Source of the DNA: Candidatus Scatovivens sp.
GTDB taxonomy: Bacteria; Bacillota; Clostridia; TANB77; CAG-508
Direction: 5' to 3'
Assembly (NCBI GenBank): GCA_045648625.1
Contig: JAZROJ010000002.1
Span: 1-47,545, forward strand
Length of the DNA stretch: 47,545 nucleotides
Positions 27,743-37,440 of this stretch are shown piece by piece. Numbering within the stretch: the first letter of the stretch is position 1; every line of letters starts with the position of its first letter. The notes beneath the pieces were generated by a model, which made no database searches, was not told the origin of the DNA, and saw only the letters and a list, made by a program, of their open reading frames with translations. The translations under genes were made by a program, and so were the position numbers.

Positions 27743-29041
27743 ATGAAAGATAATTTTAAAGATAAATTTAATTGGAGAAGATTAGATAATTCAGCCAAAA
27801 TTTTTCCTATGTCTACTGGTGAGAAATATAGTACAGTATTTAGAATATCTGTATTATTAAAACAAGAAATAAAACCAGAACCATTAAAAAAAGCGGTGAT
27901 TAATGCTTTGGAAAAATATGAATCTTTTAAAGTAAAATTGAAGCCAGGGCTTTTTTGGTATTACCTAGAATATAATCATAAAGAGCCTATAATTGAAGAA
28001 GAAAGAGATTATCCATGTAAATATATAAATCCTAGAAGTAATAATGGATATTTATTTAAAATTACTTATTTTAAAAATAAAATTAATATAGATATTTTCC
28101 ATGTATTAACAGATGGAAACGGTGGAAGCATCTTTTTTAGAGAGATAATATATACTTATTTAGAAATGTGTTATCCTGATGAACTAAGTGAAGAAAACAG
28201 ACAACTTAGAAAAATAGAATATGATATGGAAGATAGTTATATTAAAAATTATAATAAAAATGCAGTAGCTGATTCTTTAGGAGAAAGAGCTTATTCTTTG
28301 AAAGGAAAGACTATAAAACTGGGTGCAATTAGTGCTATTCATCAAATTATAAATTTAGAAGATTTAAAAAAAGAAACAGAAAAACATGGAGTAACAGTTA
28401 CACAATATTTAACAGCTGTATTAATTTATGTTATTTATCACCAAAACTATGTAAGTGGTAAAACAGAAAAGCCAATAAAAGTGTGCATACCAGTAAATTT
28501 AAAAAAGTATTTTCCTTCGAAAACAATGTCAAACTTTTTTTCTTATATTACAATTTCAGCTAAAATTAAAAAGCAAAATTTAAATAGTTTTGAAAAAATT
28601 GTACAATATGTAAAAAAAGAGTTTGAGAACAAACTAACAGAACAAGAAATTCAAAAAACAATGTCTGGAAATGTAAAACTTGGTAATCATATTTTAATAA
28701 AAATTATACCTTTAATATTAAAAAATATTATAGTAAGATTAAGTTATTTAGAAATTAGAAAACATACAACTGTTACATTTTCTAACATAGGAAGAGTTGG
28801 TATTTTAGGAAAATATCAAGATTATATAGATTATTTTTTAATGCTAATTGCGCCAGAATCTGTAGAGAAAATTAAATGTTCAAGTTGTACTTTTGAAAAT
28901 AAATTTGTGTTTACATTTACATCAGTTCTTAATAATAATAAAATAGAAAAAGGTTTTTACGAATTTTTAAAAGACAGAAATATAAGTGTAAATATAGAAA
29001 GTAATGGTGTTTTAGATGATATATCCGCAGAAATTAAATAA
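27743..29041 (+). CDS. HxxxD-motif acyltransferase/condensation-domain-like protein, function unknown
   Basis: 432 aa. FHVLTDGNGG matches the HxxxDG catalytic motif of the condensation / alcohol-acetyltransferase superfamily. RBS AGGAGAG. Confidence 0.55.
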   Translation: MKDNFKDKFNWRRLDNSAKIFPMSTGEKYSTVFRISVLLKQEIKPEPLKKAVINALEKYESFKVKLKPGLFWYYLEYNHKEPIIEEERDYPCKYINPRSNNGYLFKITYFKNKINIDIFHVLTDGNGGSIFFREIIYTYLEMCYPDELSEENRQLRKIEYDMEDSYIKNYNKNAVADSLGERAYSLKGKTIKLGAISAIHQIINLEDLKKETEKHGVTVTQYLTAVLIYVIYHQNYVSGKTEKPIKVCIPVNLKKYFPSKTMSNFFSYITISAKIKKQNLNSFEKIVQYVKKEFENKLTEQEIQKTMSGNVKLGNHILIKIIPLILKNIIVRLSYLEIRKHTTVTFSNIGRVGILGKYQDYIDYFLMLIAPESVEKIKCSSCTFENKFVFTFTSVLNNNKIEKGFYEFLKDRNISVNIESNGVLDDISAEIK

Positions 29042-29579
29042 TAGAAAAAGAGAAATAATATTTAAAATTTGTATAATATTTTCAATATTTTTGGCTTTAA
29101 TATTAAAACTTATAAATCATTTTGTCGCTCCAAATTTTCCTTGGGCAGAATTAGCTAATTGTGGTATTTTATACATTTGGGTTGTAGTAATTTACTCAAT
29201 AAAAAGAAGTACTAATATAGCAGGACACATATTAGTACAAATGCTTGCAATATCGGCGGTATCTCTATATGTTGATAACACAACAATAGGAAACGGCTGG
29301 TCTGTGTATATAGCAATACCCATAATAATAATGATAAGTAATATATCTATGTTAATTATGAATATTATATTTAACAAATCTTTTATAAGATATGCAATTT
29401 ATCAATTAATAATTTTTTTAATTAGTTTGATTCCTATAATACTTAGTCTAAATAAAGTAATAGAACTTAAATTATTAATTATAATCGCAACAACATCTTC
29501 TTTTATAAGTTTGAGTTTTGGATTAGTTTTGTGTTTTAAAGATGTAAAAGAAGCCATAAAAATGAAATTACATATGTAA
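29016..29579 (+). CDS. Polytopic membrane protein, function unknown; overlaps the upstream gene by 26 nt
   Basis: 187 aa, at least 5 hydrophobic helices. The overlap with 27743-29041 suggests translational coupling. Confidence 0.55.
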   Translation: MIYPQKLNNRKREIIFKICIIFSIFLALILKLINHFVAPNFPWAELANCGILYIWVVVIYSIKRSTNIAGHILVQMLAISAVSLYVDNTTIGNGWSVYIAIPIIIMISNISMLIMNIIFNKSFIRYAIYQLIIFLISLIPIILSLNKVIELKLLIIIATTSSFISLSFGLVLCFKDVKEAIKMKLHM

Positions 29580-29630
29580 CAAGTTATTAAAAATAAATAA
29601 TAAATATATTAATTTTTTTCTAAAAAAGCA

Positions 29631-29660
29631 TTGATTAAATATAAATTTATTTTATATAAT
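29631..29660 (+). promoter_or_regulatory. Candidate promoter of desulfoferrodoxin
   Basis: TTGATT (29631-29636), 18-nt spacer, TATAAT (29655-29660). Confidence 0.45.
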
Positions 29661-29794
29661 AACTAGAACAAAGGGGTAAATTTTTAATTAATTATTTATT
29701 TATATAATTTCATTTGCCCCGCATGTGTTTGCATGCCAAATTTTAAGATAATAAAATTTGTGTACATTAAATAAAAATTAAGGAGGATTTATTT

Positions 29795-30175
29795 ATGAAA
29801 AAGAATGTAAGATTTTATCATTGTCCAATATGTAACACAACATTTGGATTAATAAATGGAGATACTGAACATATGACTTGTTGCGGAAACAAAGTTGAAG
29901 AATTAAAAGTAAATTCAGTTGACGCATCTGTTGAGAAACATACTCCAGTATATGAAAAAGTAGAAGATGAAATAGTTGTAAAGGTTGGGTCTGTAGAACA
30001 CCCGATGGAAAAAGAACATTATATTATGTGGGTTGCTCAAGTAACAGATAACACAACAACTAGAGTAAGATTATATCCAGAACAATCTACAGAAACTAGA
30101 TTTCCGTATATACCAGGTTCATTCTTATATGCTTATTGTAATAAACATGGTTTATGGGAAACTATTGTAGAATAA
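29795..30175 (+). CDS. dfx: Desulfoferrodoxin (class I superoxide reductase)
   Basis: N-terminal desulforedoxin-like CPICN...CCGN, then EKHTPV, HPMEKEHYI, CNKHGLW (centre II ligands). Confidence 0.9.
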   Translation: MKKNVRFYHCPICNTTFGLINGDTEHMTCCGNKVEELKVNSVDASVEKHTPVYEKVEDEIVVKVGSVEHPMEKEHYIMWVAQVTDNTTTRVRLYPEQSTETRFPYIPGSFLYAYCNKHGLWETIVE

Positions 30176-30271
30176 TATAGCCAAGTTCATATTAATAAAT
30201 GAAAATTAATAATCCTTTCTAATATATATAAAAGATTTTGTGGCACTAAAATATAAAGAATTTGCGAAAAA

Positions 30272-30300
30272 TTGACAATTAGCAAATATCATGATAAAAT
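30272..30300 (+). promoter_or_regulatory. Consensus-like promoter of the CofE-like gene
   Basis: TTGACA (30272-30277), 17-nt spacer, TAAAAT (30295-30300). Confidence 0.55.
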
Positions 30301-30371
30301 TTTGATGCAGTAAAATACAGAAAAAACACTGTATCCCCACAAATCTAATTAGGTACTAGGAGGAAAGAAAA

Positions 30372-31571
30372 ATGGTTGGTGACAGAAAACGGAGTGGAGT
30401 TATTTCGCAAGGAATAAAAACACCCGTAATCAAACCAGGTGATGATTTGCAAGAAATTGTTATATCATCAGTTGAATCGGCAATTGGTTGCTCATTTAAG
30501 GATGGAGACATAATTGGTGTGACAGAGGCTGTTGTGGCTATAAGTCAATCAAATTTTGTTACACATCAAGATATAAGCAAAGACATTGCCAAAAAGTTCG
30601 CAAATCCAAAAGAACTCGTTGTTGTTGATCCTATCCAGAGTCGAAATAGATTCTTGGATATCTTAAAAGCGATTGCAGCAACACCGTCATTGGAGAAAAT
30701 CTATATTATTATGACCTATCCAACTGACGAAGTAGGAAACCGCTTGATTTCAGATCTTGAAATTATGGAAAGTGGAATAAACCCCTACCAAGACTGGTTT
30801 ACTGCAGAAGAGTTTTATAACGAGTTCGGTATTCCAAGCCATCCTTTTACAGGGAAAAATTATATCGAAGAATATACCAAAGCTTGTAATGGAAAAGCTG
30901 AAGTAATTCTTTGCAATGATTTTTCACATCTTTGGGCTATTACCGAGTGTGAAAACTTTTTGATTTGCAGTATTCACAGACGTGAGCAGACCAGAAAAAT
31001 TATCAACTTGGCATCAATGCTGATTGGGCTTGGACAACAGACCATTTATGATTTGTCTGAAATAATGAACGAATCTATTGATGGGTCTGGTTACAACGAA
31101 GAATTTGGTGTTTATGGAAGTAATCTTATGGCTGGAAACAGACTTAAGCTTATGCCAAGAAATTGCCAAAAATTCGTTGAAGAAGTTCAAAACAAAATTC
31201 TTCAAAAGTATGGCAAACGCGTAGAAGTGTTTGTTTATGGCGACGGAGCTTTCAAAGATCCTGTTGGAGGAATTTGGGAACTCGCCGATCCAAAAACAAC
31301 TTTGGGCGCAACTTCTGGACTTATGGGTACTCCGAAAGAAGTAAAGCTTAAATTCATTGCTAGTGCAAATGATGGTAAAACAGCAGAGGAAATCGAAGCC
31401 ATTGTTGCAAATGAAAAAGCTAAAAGAGAAGCAAGTGAAGATATTACAGGTGAAAATTCCTTAGGAACTACACCAAGACAAATTACAGATTTGCTTGCAT
31501 CTCTTGCGGACCTTACCACAGGAAGTGGAGATAGACAGACACCTGTTGTCTTCATTCAAAATTATCTGTAA
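30372..31571 (+). CDS. F420-0:gamma-glutamyl ligase (CofE)-like protein, long Firmicute form; GC-rich
   Basis: 399 aa. N-terminal GIKTPVIKPGDDL...IIGVTEAVVAISQ resembles the CofE-family fold as I recall it. RBS AGGAGG. G+C is 46/120 = 38% in 30371-30490 (hand count). In-frame CGG at codon 7. Confidence 0.6.
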   Translation: MVGDRKRSGVISQGIKTPVIKPGDDLQEIVISSVESAIGCSFKDGDIIGVTEAVVAISQSNFVTHQDISKDIAKKFANPKELVVVDPIQSRNRFLDILKAIAATPSLEKIYIIMTYPTDEVGNRLISDLEIMESGINPYQDWFTAEEFYNEFGIPSHPFTGKNYIEEYTKACNGKAEVILCNDFSHLWAITECENFLICSIHRREQTRKIINLASMLIGLGQQTIYDLSEIMNESIDGSGYNEEFGVYGSNLMAGNRLKLMPRNCQKFVEEVQNKILQKYGKRVEVFVYGDGAFKDPVGGIWELADPKTTLGATSGLMGTPKEVKLKFIASANDGKTAEEIEAIVANEKAKREASEDITGENSLGTTPRQITDLLASLADLTTGSGDRQTPVVFIQNYL

Positions 31572-31619
31572 ACCAATACCAGATAGAAACCTTTTGTATA
31601 AGGGGTTCTAAAAACAAAA

Positions 31620-31666
31620 GGCATGTTATATTGAAATAAATAATTTCAATATAAACATGTCTTTTT
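31620..31666 (+). terminator. Strong intrinsic terminator
   Basis: 17-bp stem GGCATGTTATATTGAAA (31620-31636) / TTTCAATATAAACATGTC (31644-31661, one bulge), then TTTTT. Confidence 0.8.
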
Positions 31667-31756
31667 GTGTAGAAAAATTTTATATGTAAATTGTTGCAAA
31701 ACAACCAATTTTAGTATATCATAATATATTATTATAGGGTAAAATAGGAGAAAACT

Positions 31757-32455
31757 TTGGAAAGAATAGATAAAATTATAGGGGCACAGACAAATTATTC
31801 TCGAAAAGAAGTAAAAAAATTAGTAGCTCAAAAAAGAATTACTGTTAATGAAAATGTTATTACTTCTTCAGATGTAAAGGTAGACACAAAAAAAGATGTA
31901 ATTAAATTAGATGGAAAACAAATAAACATAAAAGAGTTTGTTTATTTAATTTTACATAAGCCACAAGGTTATATTTCGGCTACAGAAGATAGAAATATGG
32001 CTACAGTTCTAGATTTAGTTCCAGAAGAATTTTTAAATCGAGATTTATTTCCTGCTGGTAGATTAGATAAAGATACAACCGGTTTAATGATAATTACAGA
32101 TAACGGAGAATTTGCACACAATATTTTGTCACCTAAAAAACATGTAAGTAAAACATATGATGTTACTTTAGATATTCCTGTTAACGAAAAAATGGTACAA
32201 GGATTTAAGAGTGGAGTAAAATTAAATGATGGGGAATGTAAATCTGCAATAATGGAAATTACCGGAGAAAACACAGCATTAGTAACACTTACAGAAGGAA
32301 GGTATCATCAAATTAAAAGAATGTTTGGTTGTTATGGAGCTAAGGTTATTAAACTTCATAGAATTAAAATAGGAAATTTGACACTTCCTGAAGATTTAAA
32401 ATTAGGAGATTGCAGAGAACTTACTGAAAAAGAGTTAAATATGATAACTCAATAA
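31757..32455 (+). CDS. RsuA/RluB-family 16S rRNA pseudouridine synthase
   Basis: TTG start after AGGAG. S4 N-domain, GRLDKDTTGLMIIT, GRYHQIKRM. Confidence 0.88.
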   Translation: MERIDKIIGAQTNYSRKEVKKLVAQKRITVNENVITSSDVKVDTKKDVIKLDGKQINIKEFVYLILHKPQGYISATEDRNMATVLDLVPEEFLNRDLFPAGRLDKDTTGLMIITDNGEFAHNILSPKKHVSKTYDVTLDIPVNEKMVQGFKSGVKLNDGECKSAIMEITGENTALVTLTEGRYHQIKRMFGCYGAKVIKLHRIKIGNLTLPEDLKLGDCRELTEKELNMITQ

Positions 32456-32575
32456 AATTTAAAACTATAGTTAAAATTTTATTATATTAATCATTTTATT
32501 TAATATAATTTAAAGAATTGATAAAAAATATTTTTATAATATAATTACTTAGATAATTATAATGGAGGCTTATTT

Positions 32576-35500
32576 ATGCTACAAATAAAAAATATATCTA
32601 AACAATATAAAACTGGAGATTTAATACAAAACGCATTAAGTGATGTCAGTTTAAATTTTAGAGAAAATGAATTTGTTTCAATTTTAGGTCCATCAGGCTC
32701 TGGAAAAACAACATTACTTAATATTATAGGCGGATTGGATCGTTATGATAACGGAGATTTAATTATAAATAATGTCTCAACAAAAAAATACAAAGATAGA
32801 GATTGGGATTCATATCGTAATCATACAGTAGGTTTTGTATTTCAAAGTTATAATTTAATACCTCATCAAACAGTATTGGCAAATGTTGAATTAGCTTTAA
32901 CTATTGGAGGAATATCGAAAAAAGAAAGAAAAAGACGAGCTTTAGAAGCTTTAGAAAAAGTAGGATTAAGAGAGCAAGCTCATAAAAGACCTAATCAGAT
33001 GTCTGGAGGGCAAATGCAAAGAGTTGCTATAGCAAGAGCTTTAGTAAATAATCCAGATATATTATTAGCTGATGAGCCGACAGGTGCATTAGATACAGAA
33101 ACAAGTATTCAAGTTATGGAATTATTAAAGCAAGTAGCAAATGACCGTTTAGTAATTATGGTTACTCATAACCCAGAACTTGCAGAAGAATATTCTACAA
33201 GAATTGTAAAATTAAAAGATGGAAAAATAATAGGAGATTCAAATCCTTTTAACATAGATGAAACAACTTTAGAAAAACCAAAACATAAAAATTTAGGAAA
33301 AGCATCTATGTCTATGTTTACGGCATTATCTTTAAGTTTAAATAATTTGCTTACTAAAAAAGGACGTACAATTTTAACAGCATTTGCAGGTTCTATAGGA
33401 ATTATAGGTATTGCATTAATATTGTCTTTATCAACAGGATTTCAAAATTATATAGATAAAATTCAAGAAGATACTTTGTCATCATATCCTTTAACTCTAA
33501 CATCAGAAACAGCAGATGCAACTTCTATGTTGTTATCAATGACAAGTCAAAATAAAGAAGAAAGCATTCCAGAAAAAACAATAAAAGAATCTCAAAATAT
33601 GGCAGAAATGTTTTCAAAAGTTGGTACAAATGATTTAAAAACTTTTAAGAAATATTTAGAAAGTAACTCAGAAAAAATAGAGAATATGACATCATTAGTT
33701 AGATATACTTATACTGTAAGTCCACTAATTTATACTAGAGATGTAAATGAAAAAATTACACAAATAAATCCAAGTACAATGTTAAATTCTTTAATGGGAA
33801 GCTCTTCAAATATATTAACTACTGCTACAACTACATCTTCTATTTTTAGTGAATTTATTGATGGCAATGATGAAATGCTAAAAGAACAATATAAACTAGT
33901 AGAAGGAAAATGGGCTGAGAATTATGATGAAGTAGTTTTGATTTTACCAGATGAGCATACAGTATCTGATTTATTGCTTTACAGTTTAGGATTAAGAGAT
34001 AGTAAAGAATTAGAAGATATGATTACTAAAATAATGAAAGGTGAAGAAGTAGAAAATAAAAATAAACCTTTAGAATTTTCTTATGAAGAATTAATGAATA
34101 CATCTTTAAAATTAGTAAATCCATCAGAAACATATAAATATAATAGTAAATATAAAATCTATGAAAGTATGACAGATGATAAAAAATTTATGGAGGATGT
34201 ATATAAGAATTCAATAGATTTAAAAATCGTTGGAATTATATGTCCTAAAGACACTTCTAATTCAATTAGTTTAATGGCTGGAGTAGGATATACAAAAAAA
34301 TTAACAGAATATGTAATTAATGAAGCTTCACAATCTGAAATAGTTAGAAAACAATTATTAAATAAAGATATAAATGTTTTTAGTAATAAACCTTTTGATG
34401 ATGATGAAAAGGATATTGGATTGGATTTTCAAGATATGATTTCTATTGATGAAAAAATGTTATCATCAGCTTTTGGAGTGAAAATTAATGAAAATGATAT
34501 ATCTAACATGACAAGTGGATACATTTCTGAAATATCTTCAGCGATTACTACTGATACAACAAAAGCGCAAACAGCTTTTACAAACACATTAACAAATTTA
34601 ACAACAAATTTATTAAAGGATTATATAAACAAAAATGCAGTAGCTGGAATTGCAACAATAAAATTAAGTCAGGTAGAAAGTGTAGTAAATGAATTTATGA
34701 CACTAGATACAACCAAAGTCTTAATGGCTAATTTAGAGGCAGAATATGTAATTCCTCAAGATGTATTTAGTTCTACGTATACAGATTTAATAAAAGGATT
34801 TTTAGAGCAGTATATAGCAATGATGTCATCACAGCAGCAACCCAATAATCAAAATGGATTAGAACAAGAAAATCAGAACGGCAATCAAGTAAATGAAAAT
34901 AATAACTCTTCAGAAGAAGGCAACAATACAGATCAAGAAAATAATCAAAATAATCAAGTTGAAACAGAACCTAGTGCATTTTTAGTAAGTCAAGCAGTAG
35001 ATACAATGGTAAAAGCATTTGTAGAACAAGAAATGATAGTTTCGCTAGCTCAAACTTTTGCAGGAAAAATGACAGAAGCTACAATGCAAAAAACAATTCT
35101 AAGTAAAGTTGGAGAATTATCTCAAAGACTGATGGAAAGTATGGCAAGTGCATTTAATGTAGACCAAAATAAAATTGCATCAGCTTTTAAATTTGAAATG
35201 ACAGAAAATGAGATAAGACGTATATTTGAAGCCATGTCTACAACTACCGTAGAAAGTGCAGATTCAAATTTAATTTCGCTTGGATATCAAGAATTAGAGT
35301 CACCAACAGCTATATCTTTTTATTTTAATGATTTTGCTTCAAAAGAATTATTTATAGATTTTTTAGATGATTATAATGAAAAAATGGAAAAAGAAGATGA
35401 TGAGAAAGTTATAAAATATACAGATGTTACAGGAATTTTAATGTCTTCTGTAAAAACCATTGTTGATAGCGTAAGTTATGTATTAATAGCATTTGTAAGT

Positions 35501-35869
35501 ATTTCTCTAATTGTTTCTTCTATTATGATAGGAATAATAACATATATTTCTGTATTAGAACGTACAAAAGAAATTGGAGTATTAAGAGCAATAGGAGCTT
35601 CTAAAAAGAATATTTCTTCTATATTTAATGCGGAAACTTTTATAGTGGGCTTATTCTCAGGTGTGTTAGGAATAACAACAACTTTAGGCTTATTAGTACC
35701 AATAAATGCTATTATTCATAGTATAAATAAAGACATTACAGCTTTATTACCAGTAGAAGGAGCTGTAGTTTTAGTAATTTTAAGTGTTATTTTAACATTA
35801 ATTGGAGGAATAATTCCTTCAAAACATGCAGCTAAAAAGGATCCGGTATTAGCTTTAAGAAGTGAATAA
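32576..35869 (+). CDS. Fused ABC ATPase + FtsX-type permease (MacB-like) with a very long extracytoplasmic region
   Basis: Walker A GPSGSGKTT, signature MSGGQMQR, Walker B LLADEPTGALD. TM at ~260-290. C-terminal FtsX 3-TM bundle (KEIGVLRAIGASKKNI). Asn/Gln-rich tract around 34832-34972. Confidence 0.88.
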   Translation: MLQIKNISKQYKTGDLIQNALSDVSLNFRENEFVSILGPSGSGKTTLLNIIGGLDRYDNGDLIINNVSTKKYKDRDWDSYRNHTVGFVFQSYNLIPHQTVLANVELALTIGGISKKERKRRALEALEKVGLREQAHKRPNQMSGGQMQRVAIARALVNNPDILLADEPTGALDTETSIQVMELLKQVANDRLVIMVTHNPELAEEYSTRIVKLKDGKIIGDSNPFNIDETTLEKPKHKNLGKASMSMFTALSLSLNNLLTKKGRTILTAFAGSIGIIGIALILSLSTGFQNYIDKIQEDTLSSYPLTLTSETADATSMLLSMTSQNKEESIPEKTIKESQNMAEMFSKVGTNDLKTFKKYLESNSEKIENMTSLVRYTYTVSPLIYTRDVNEKITQINPSTMLNSLMGSSSNILTTATTTSSIFSEFIDGNDEMLKEQYKLVEGKWAENYDEVVLILPDEHTVSDLLLYSLGLRDSKELEDMITKIMKGEEVENKNKPLEFSYEELMNTSLKLVNPSETYKYNSKYKIYESMTDDKKFMEDVYKNSIDLKIVGIICPKDTSNSISLMAGVGYTKKLTEYVINEASQSEIVRKQLLNKDINVFSNKPFDDDEKDIGLDFQDMISIDEKMLSSAFGVKINENDISNMTSGYISEISSAITTDTTKAQTAFTNTLTNLTTNLLKDYINKNAVAGIATIKLSQVESVVNEFMTLDTTKVLMANLEAEYVIPQDVFSSTYTDLIKGFLEQYIAMMSSQQQPNNQNGLEQENQNGNQVNENNNSSEEGNNTDQENNQNNQVETEPSAFLVSQAVDTMVKAFVEQEMIVSLAQTFAGKMTEATMQKTILSKVGELSQRLMESMASAFNVDQNKIASAFKFEMTENEIRRIFEAMSTTTVESADSNLISLGYQELESPTAISFYFNDFASKELFIDFLDDYNEKMEKEDDEKVIKYTDVTGILMSSVKTIVDSVSYVLIAFVSISLIVSSIMIGIITYISVLERTKEIGVLRAIGASKKNISSIFNAETFIVGLFSGVLGITTTLGLLVPINAIIHSINKDITALLPVEGAVVLVILSVILTLIGGIIPSKHAAKKDPVLALRSE

Positions 35870-35890
35870 CATGATGGTATCAAAAATAGA

Positions 35891-35919
35891 TTGACATAAA
35901 ATCTAAAATGTGTTATAAT
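35891..35919 (+). promoter_or_regulatory. Consensus extended -10 promoter of the asnA leader
   Basis: TTGACA (35891-35896), 17-nt spacer, TGtTATAAT (-10 at 35914-35919). Confidence 0.7.
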
Positions 35920-35925
35920 AAAAAT

Positions 35926-36226
35926 GCGTTGATGAGGAAAAGTAACTTTAAAATTCATATCAGTGAGTTGGGTATAGTGTGAACCAATTATGGATTTATT
36001 GTGAAAGAACACCTCGGAGCAAACTACCGAAAGATATTTTTAGTAGGCTAGTTCGGAAGCAAACCGTTATCTAATTGCTATGCTTGTTAGAGCAGAAAAA
36101 GAGATTACTAAAAACACATCTCATTTTTTTATAAAAGAGATTTTTATATATTTGTTTAGTAATAATTTAAGGTGGCACCGCGGATACCCGTATTCGTCCT
36201 TATTGTAGGATGATACGGGTATTTTT
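35926..36226 (+). promoter_or_regulatory. T-box leader (tRNA-Asn sensing) with terminator
   Basis: GTGAAAG-AAC-A (specifier AAC 36008-36010 followed by a purine). T-box motif AATTTAAGGTGGCACCGCGG (36165-36183). Terminator ATACCCGTAT (36184-36193) / ATACGGGTAT (36213-36222) plus a T-run. Confidence 0.85.
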
Positions 36227-36245
36227 GTATAAGGAGGCCAAAATT

Positions 36246-37211
36246 ATGAAAGAATTAACTTATTTAGAAACAATAAGACAAATTGCAGAAATTAAAAAAC
36301 ATTTTGAAAGTCAAATAGAGGTAAGATTAGGACTTACAAAAGTCCAATGTCCAATATTTATAAAGACTTCAACAGGATTACAAGATCAATTATCTGGAAC
36401 AGAAGAATCTGTAAAATTTAAAAAAGGAGATGAAGATTTTGAAATCGTACATTCTCTTGCTAAATGGAAAAGAGAAGCATTAGGAAAGTATTGTTTTCCT
36501 ATACACACAGGTTTATATACTGATATGAAAGCTATAAGAAAAGATGAAACTGTAGATGATATTCATTCTCTATATGTAGAACAATGGGATTGGGAAAAAG
36601 TTATAGGAGAATGTGATAGAACAGTAGATTTTCTTAAAGAAACAGTAAGAGCTATTTATAAATCTATCAGACAAACATCAATTATGATGAAACAAAAATA
36701 TCATTATTTGACTTTGGATTTACCTAAAACAATTACTTTTATAACAAGTCAAGAATTAGAAGATATGTATCCAGATAAAAAACCACAAGAAAGAGAGCAA
36801 TTAATAACTAAAGAAAAGAAAGCAGTATTTATAATAGGAATTGGTGATGAACTAAAATCAGGAAAAAAACATGATAGAAGAAGCCCTGATTATGATGATT
36901 GGAGTTTGGATGGAGATTTATTAATATATGCAAAATCTTTATCAAAGGCTATAGAAATAAGTTCTATGGGAGTAAGAGTAGATGAAAAAGCATTAAAATA
37001 TCAATTAGAAAAATCAAAATGTATGGATAGAATAGATTTACCATACCATCAAAAGATATTAAAAAAAGAAATACCGTATACAATTGGCGGAGGAATAGGA
37101 CTATCAAGAATTTTAATGCTTATACTAGAGAAAGAACATATAGCAGAAGTTCAAGCCTCTAGTTGGGAAGATAAAACTTATAAGGAATTAGAACATATAA
37201 AGATGTTGTAA
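36246..37211 (+). CDS. asnA: Aspartate--ammonia ligase (asparagine synthetase A)
   Basis: Start moved to ATG 36246 (RBS AAGGAGG 36231-36237), because the track's 36210 lies inside the leader terminator. AsnA blocks SLYVEQWDWEKVI and GGGIGLSRILM. Confidence 0.92.
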   Translation: MKELTYLETIRQIAEIKKHFESQIEVRLGLTKVQCPIFIKTSTGLQDQLSGTEESVKFKKGDEDFEIVHSLAKWKREALGKYCFPIHTGLYTDMKAIRKDETVDDIHSLYVEQWDWEKVIGECDRTVDFLKETVRAIYKSIRQTSIMMKQKYHYLTLDLPKTITFITSQELEDMYPDKKPQEREQLITKEKKAVFIIGIGDELKSGKKHDRRSPDYDDWSLDGDLLIYAKSLSKAIEISSMGVRVDEKALKYQLEKSKCMDRIDLPYHQKILKKEIPYTIGGGIGLSRILMLILEKEHIAEVQASSWEDKTYKELEHIKML

Positions 37212-37258
37212 TGAAACTAAATAAAAACTAAAATACTATATTTTATTGAAGTAGTAAG

Positions 37259-37296
37259 ATAAAAGTAGTCATTAAAGTCTACTTTTATTTTTTTAT
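37259..37296 (+). terminator. Intrinsic terminator after asnA
   Basis: ATAAAAGTAG (37259-37268) / CTACTTTTAT (37279-37288) plus a T-run. Confidence 0.75.
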
Positions 37297-37379
37297 AAAA
37301 AAATTTTGCTTTTCTATTAAATAATATGCTATGAATATCTAATGTACACAAATTTTTTTAAATAAAATTCAAAAAAATA

Positions 37380-37408
37380 TTGTACAATAAAAAATTAAGT
37401 GATATAAT
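37380..37408 (+). promoter_or_regulatory. Extended -10 promoter of rex, overlapped by a 13-nt palindrome
   Basis: TTGTAC (37380-37385), 17-nt spacer, TGaTATAAT (-10 at 37403-37408). GTGATATAATCAC at 37399-37411. Confidence 0.55.
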
Positions 37409-37440
37409 CACATCGATAAAGTTTTATCGAGGAGAAAAAT

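Noticed and set aside
34832-34972. The Asn-codon-rich tract in the MacB-like gene as the missing DGR template repeat
   Set aside because: It is AAT/AAC-rich, but the non-A positions and flanks do not match 13997-14130, and it is in frame inside a transporter domain.
8079-36245. ORF-track start codons at 8079 (tig), 12053 (surface protein), 18344 (beta-propeller), 21576 (ttcA-like), 23413 (permease) and 36210 (asnA)
   Set aside because: Each extends upstream of a better start with a properly spaced RBS (8139, 12077, 18350, 21621, 23452, 36246). The 36210 start lies inside the T-box terminator.
37399-37411. GTGATATAATCAC palindrome over the rex -10 as a canonical Rex operator
   Set aside because: GTGA and TCAC are separated by 5 nt, while the TTGTGAA-N4-TTCACAA consensus implies 6. 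I keep it only as a generic palindrome, not a called Rex box.
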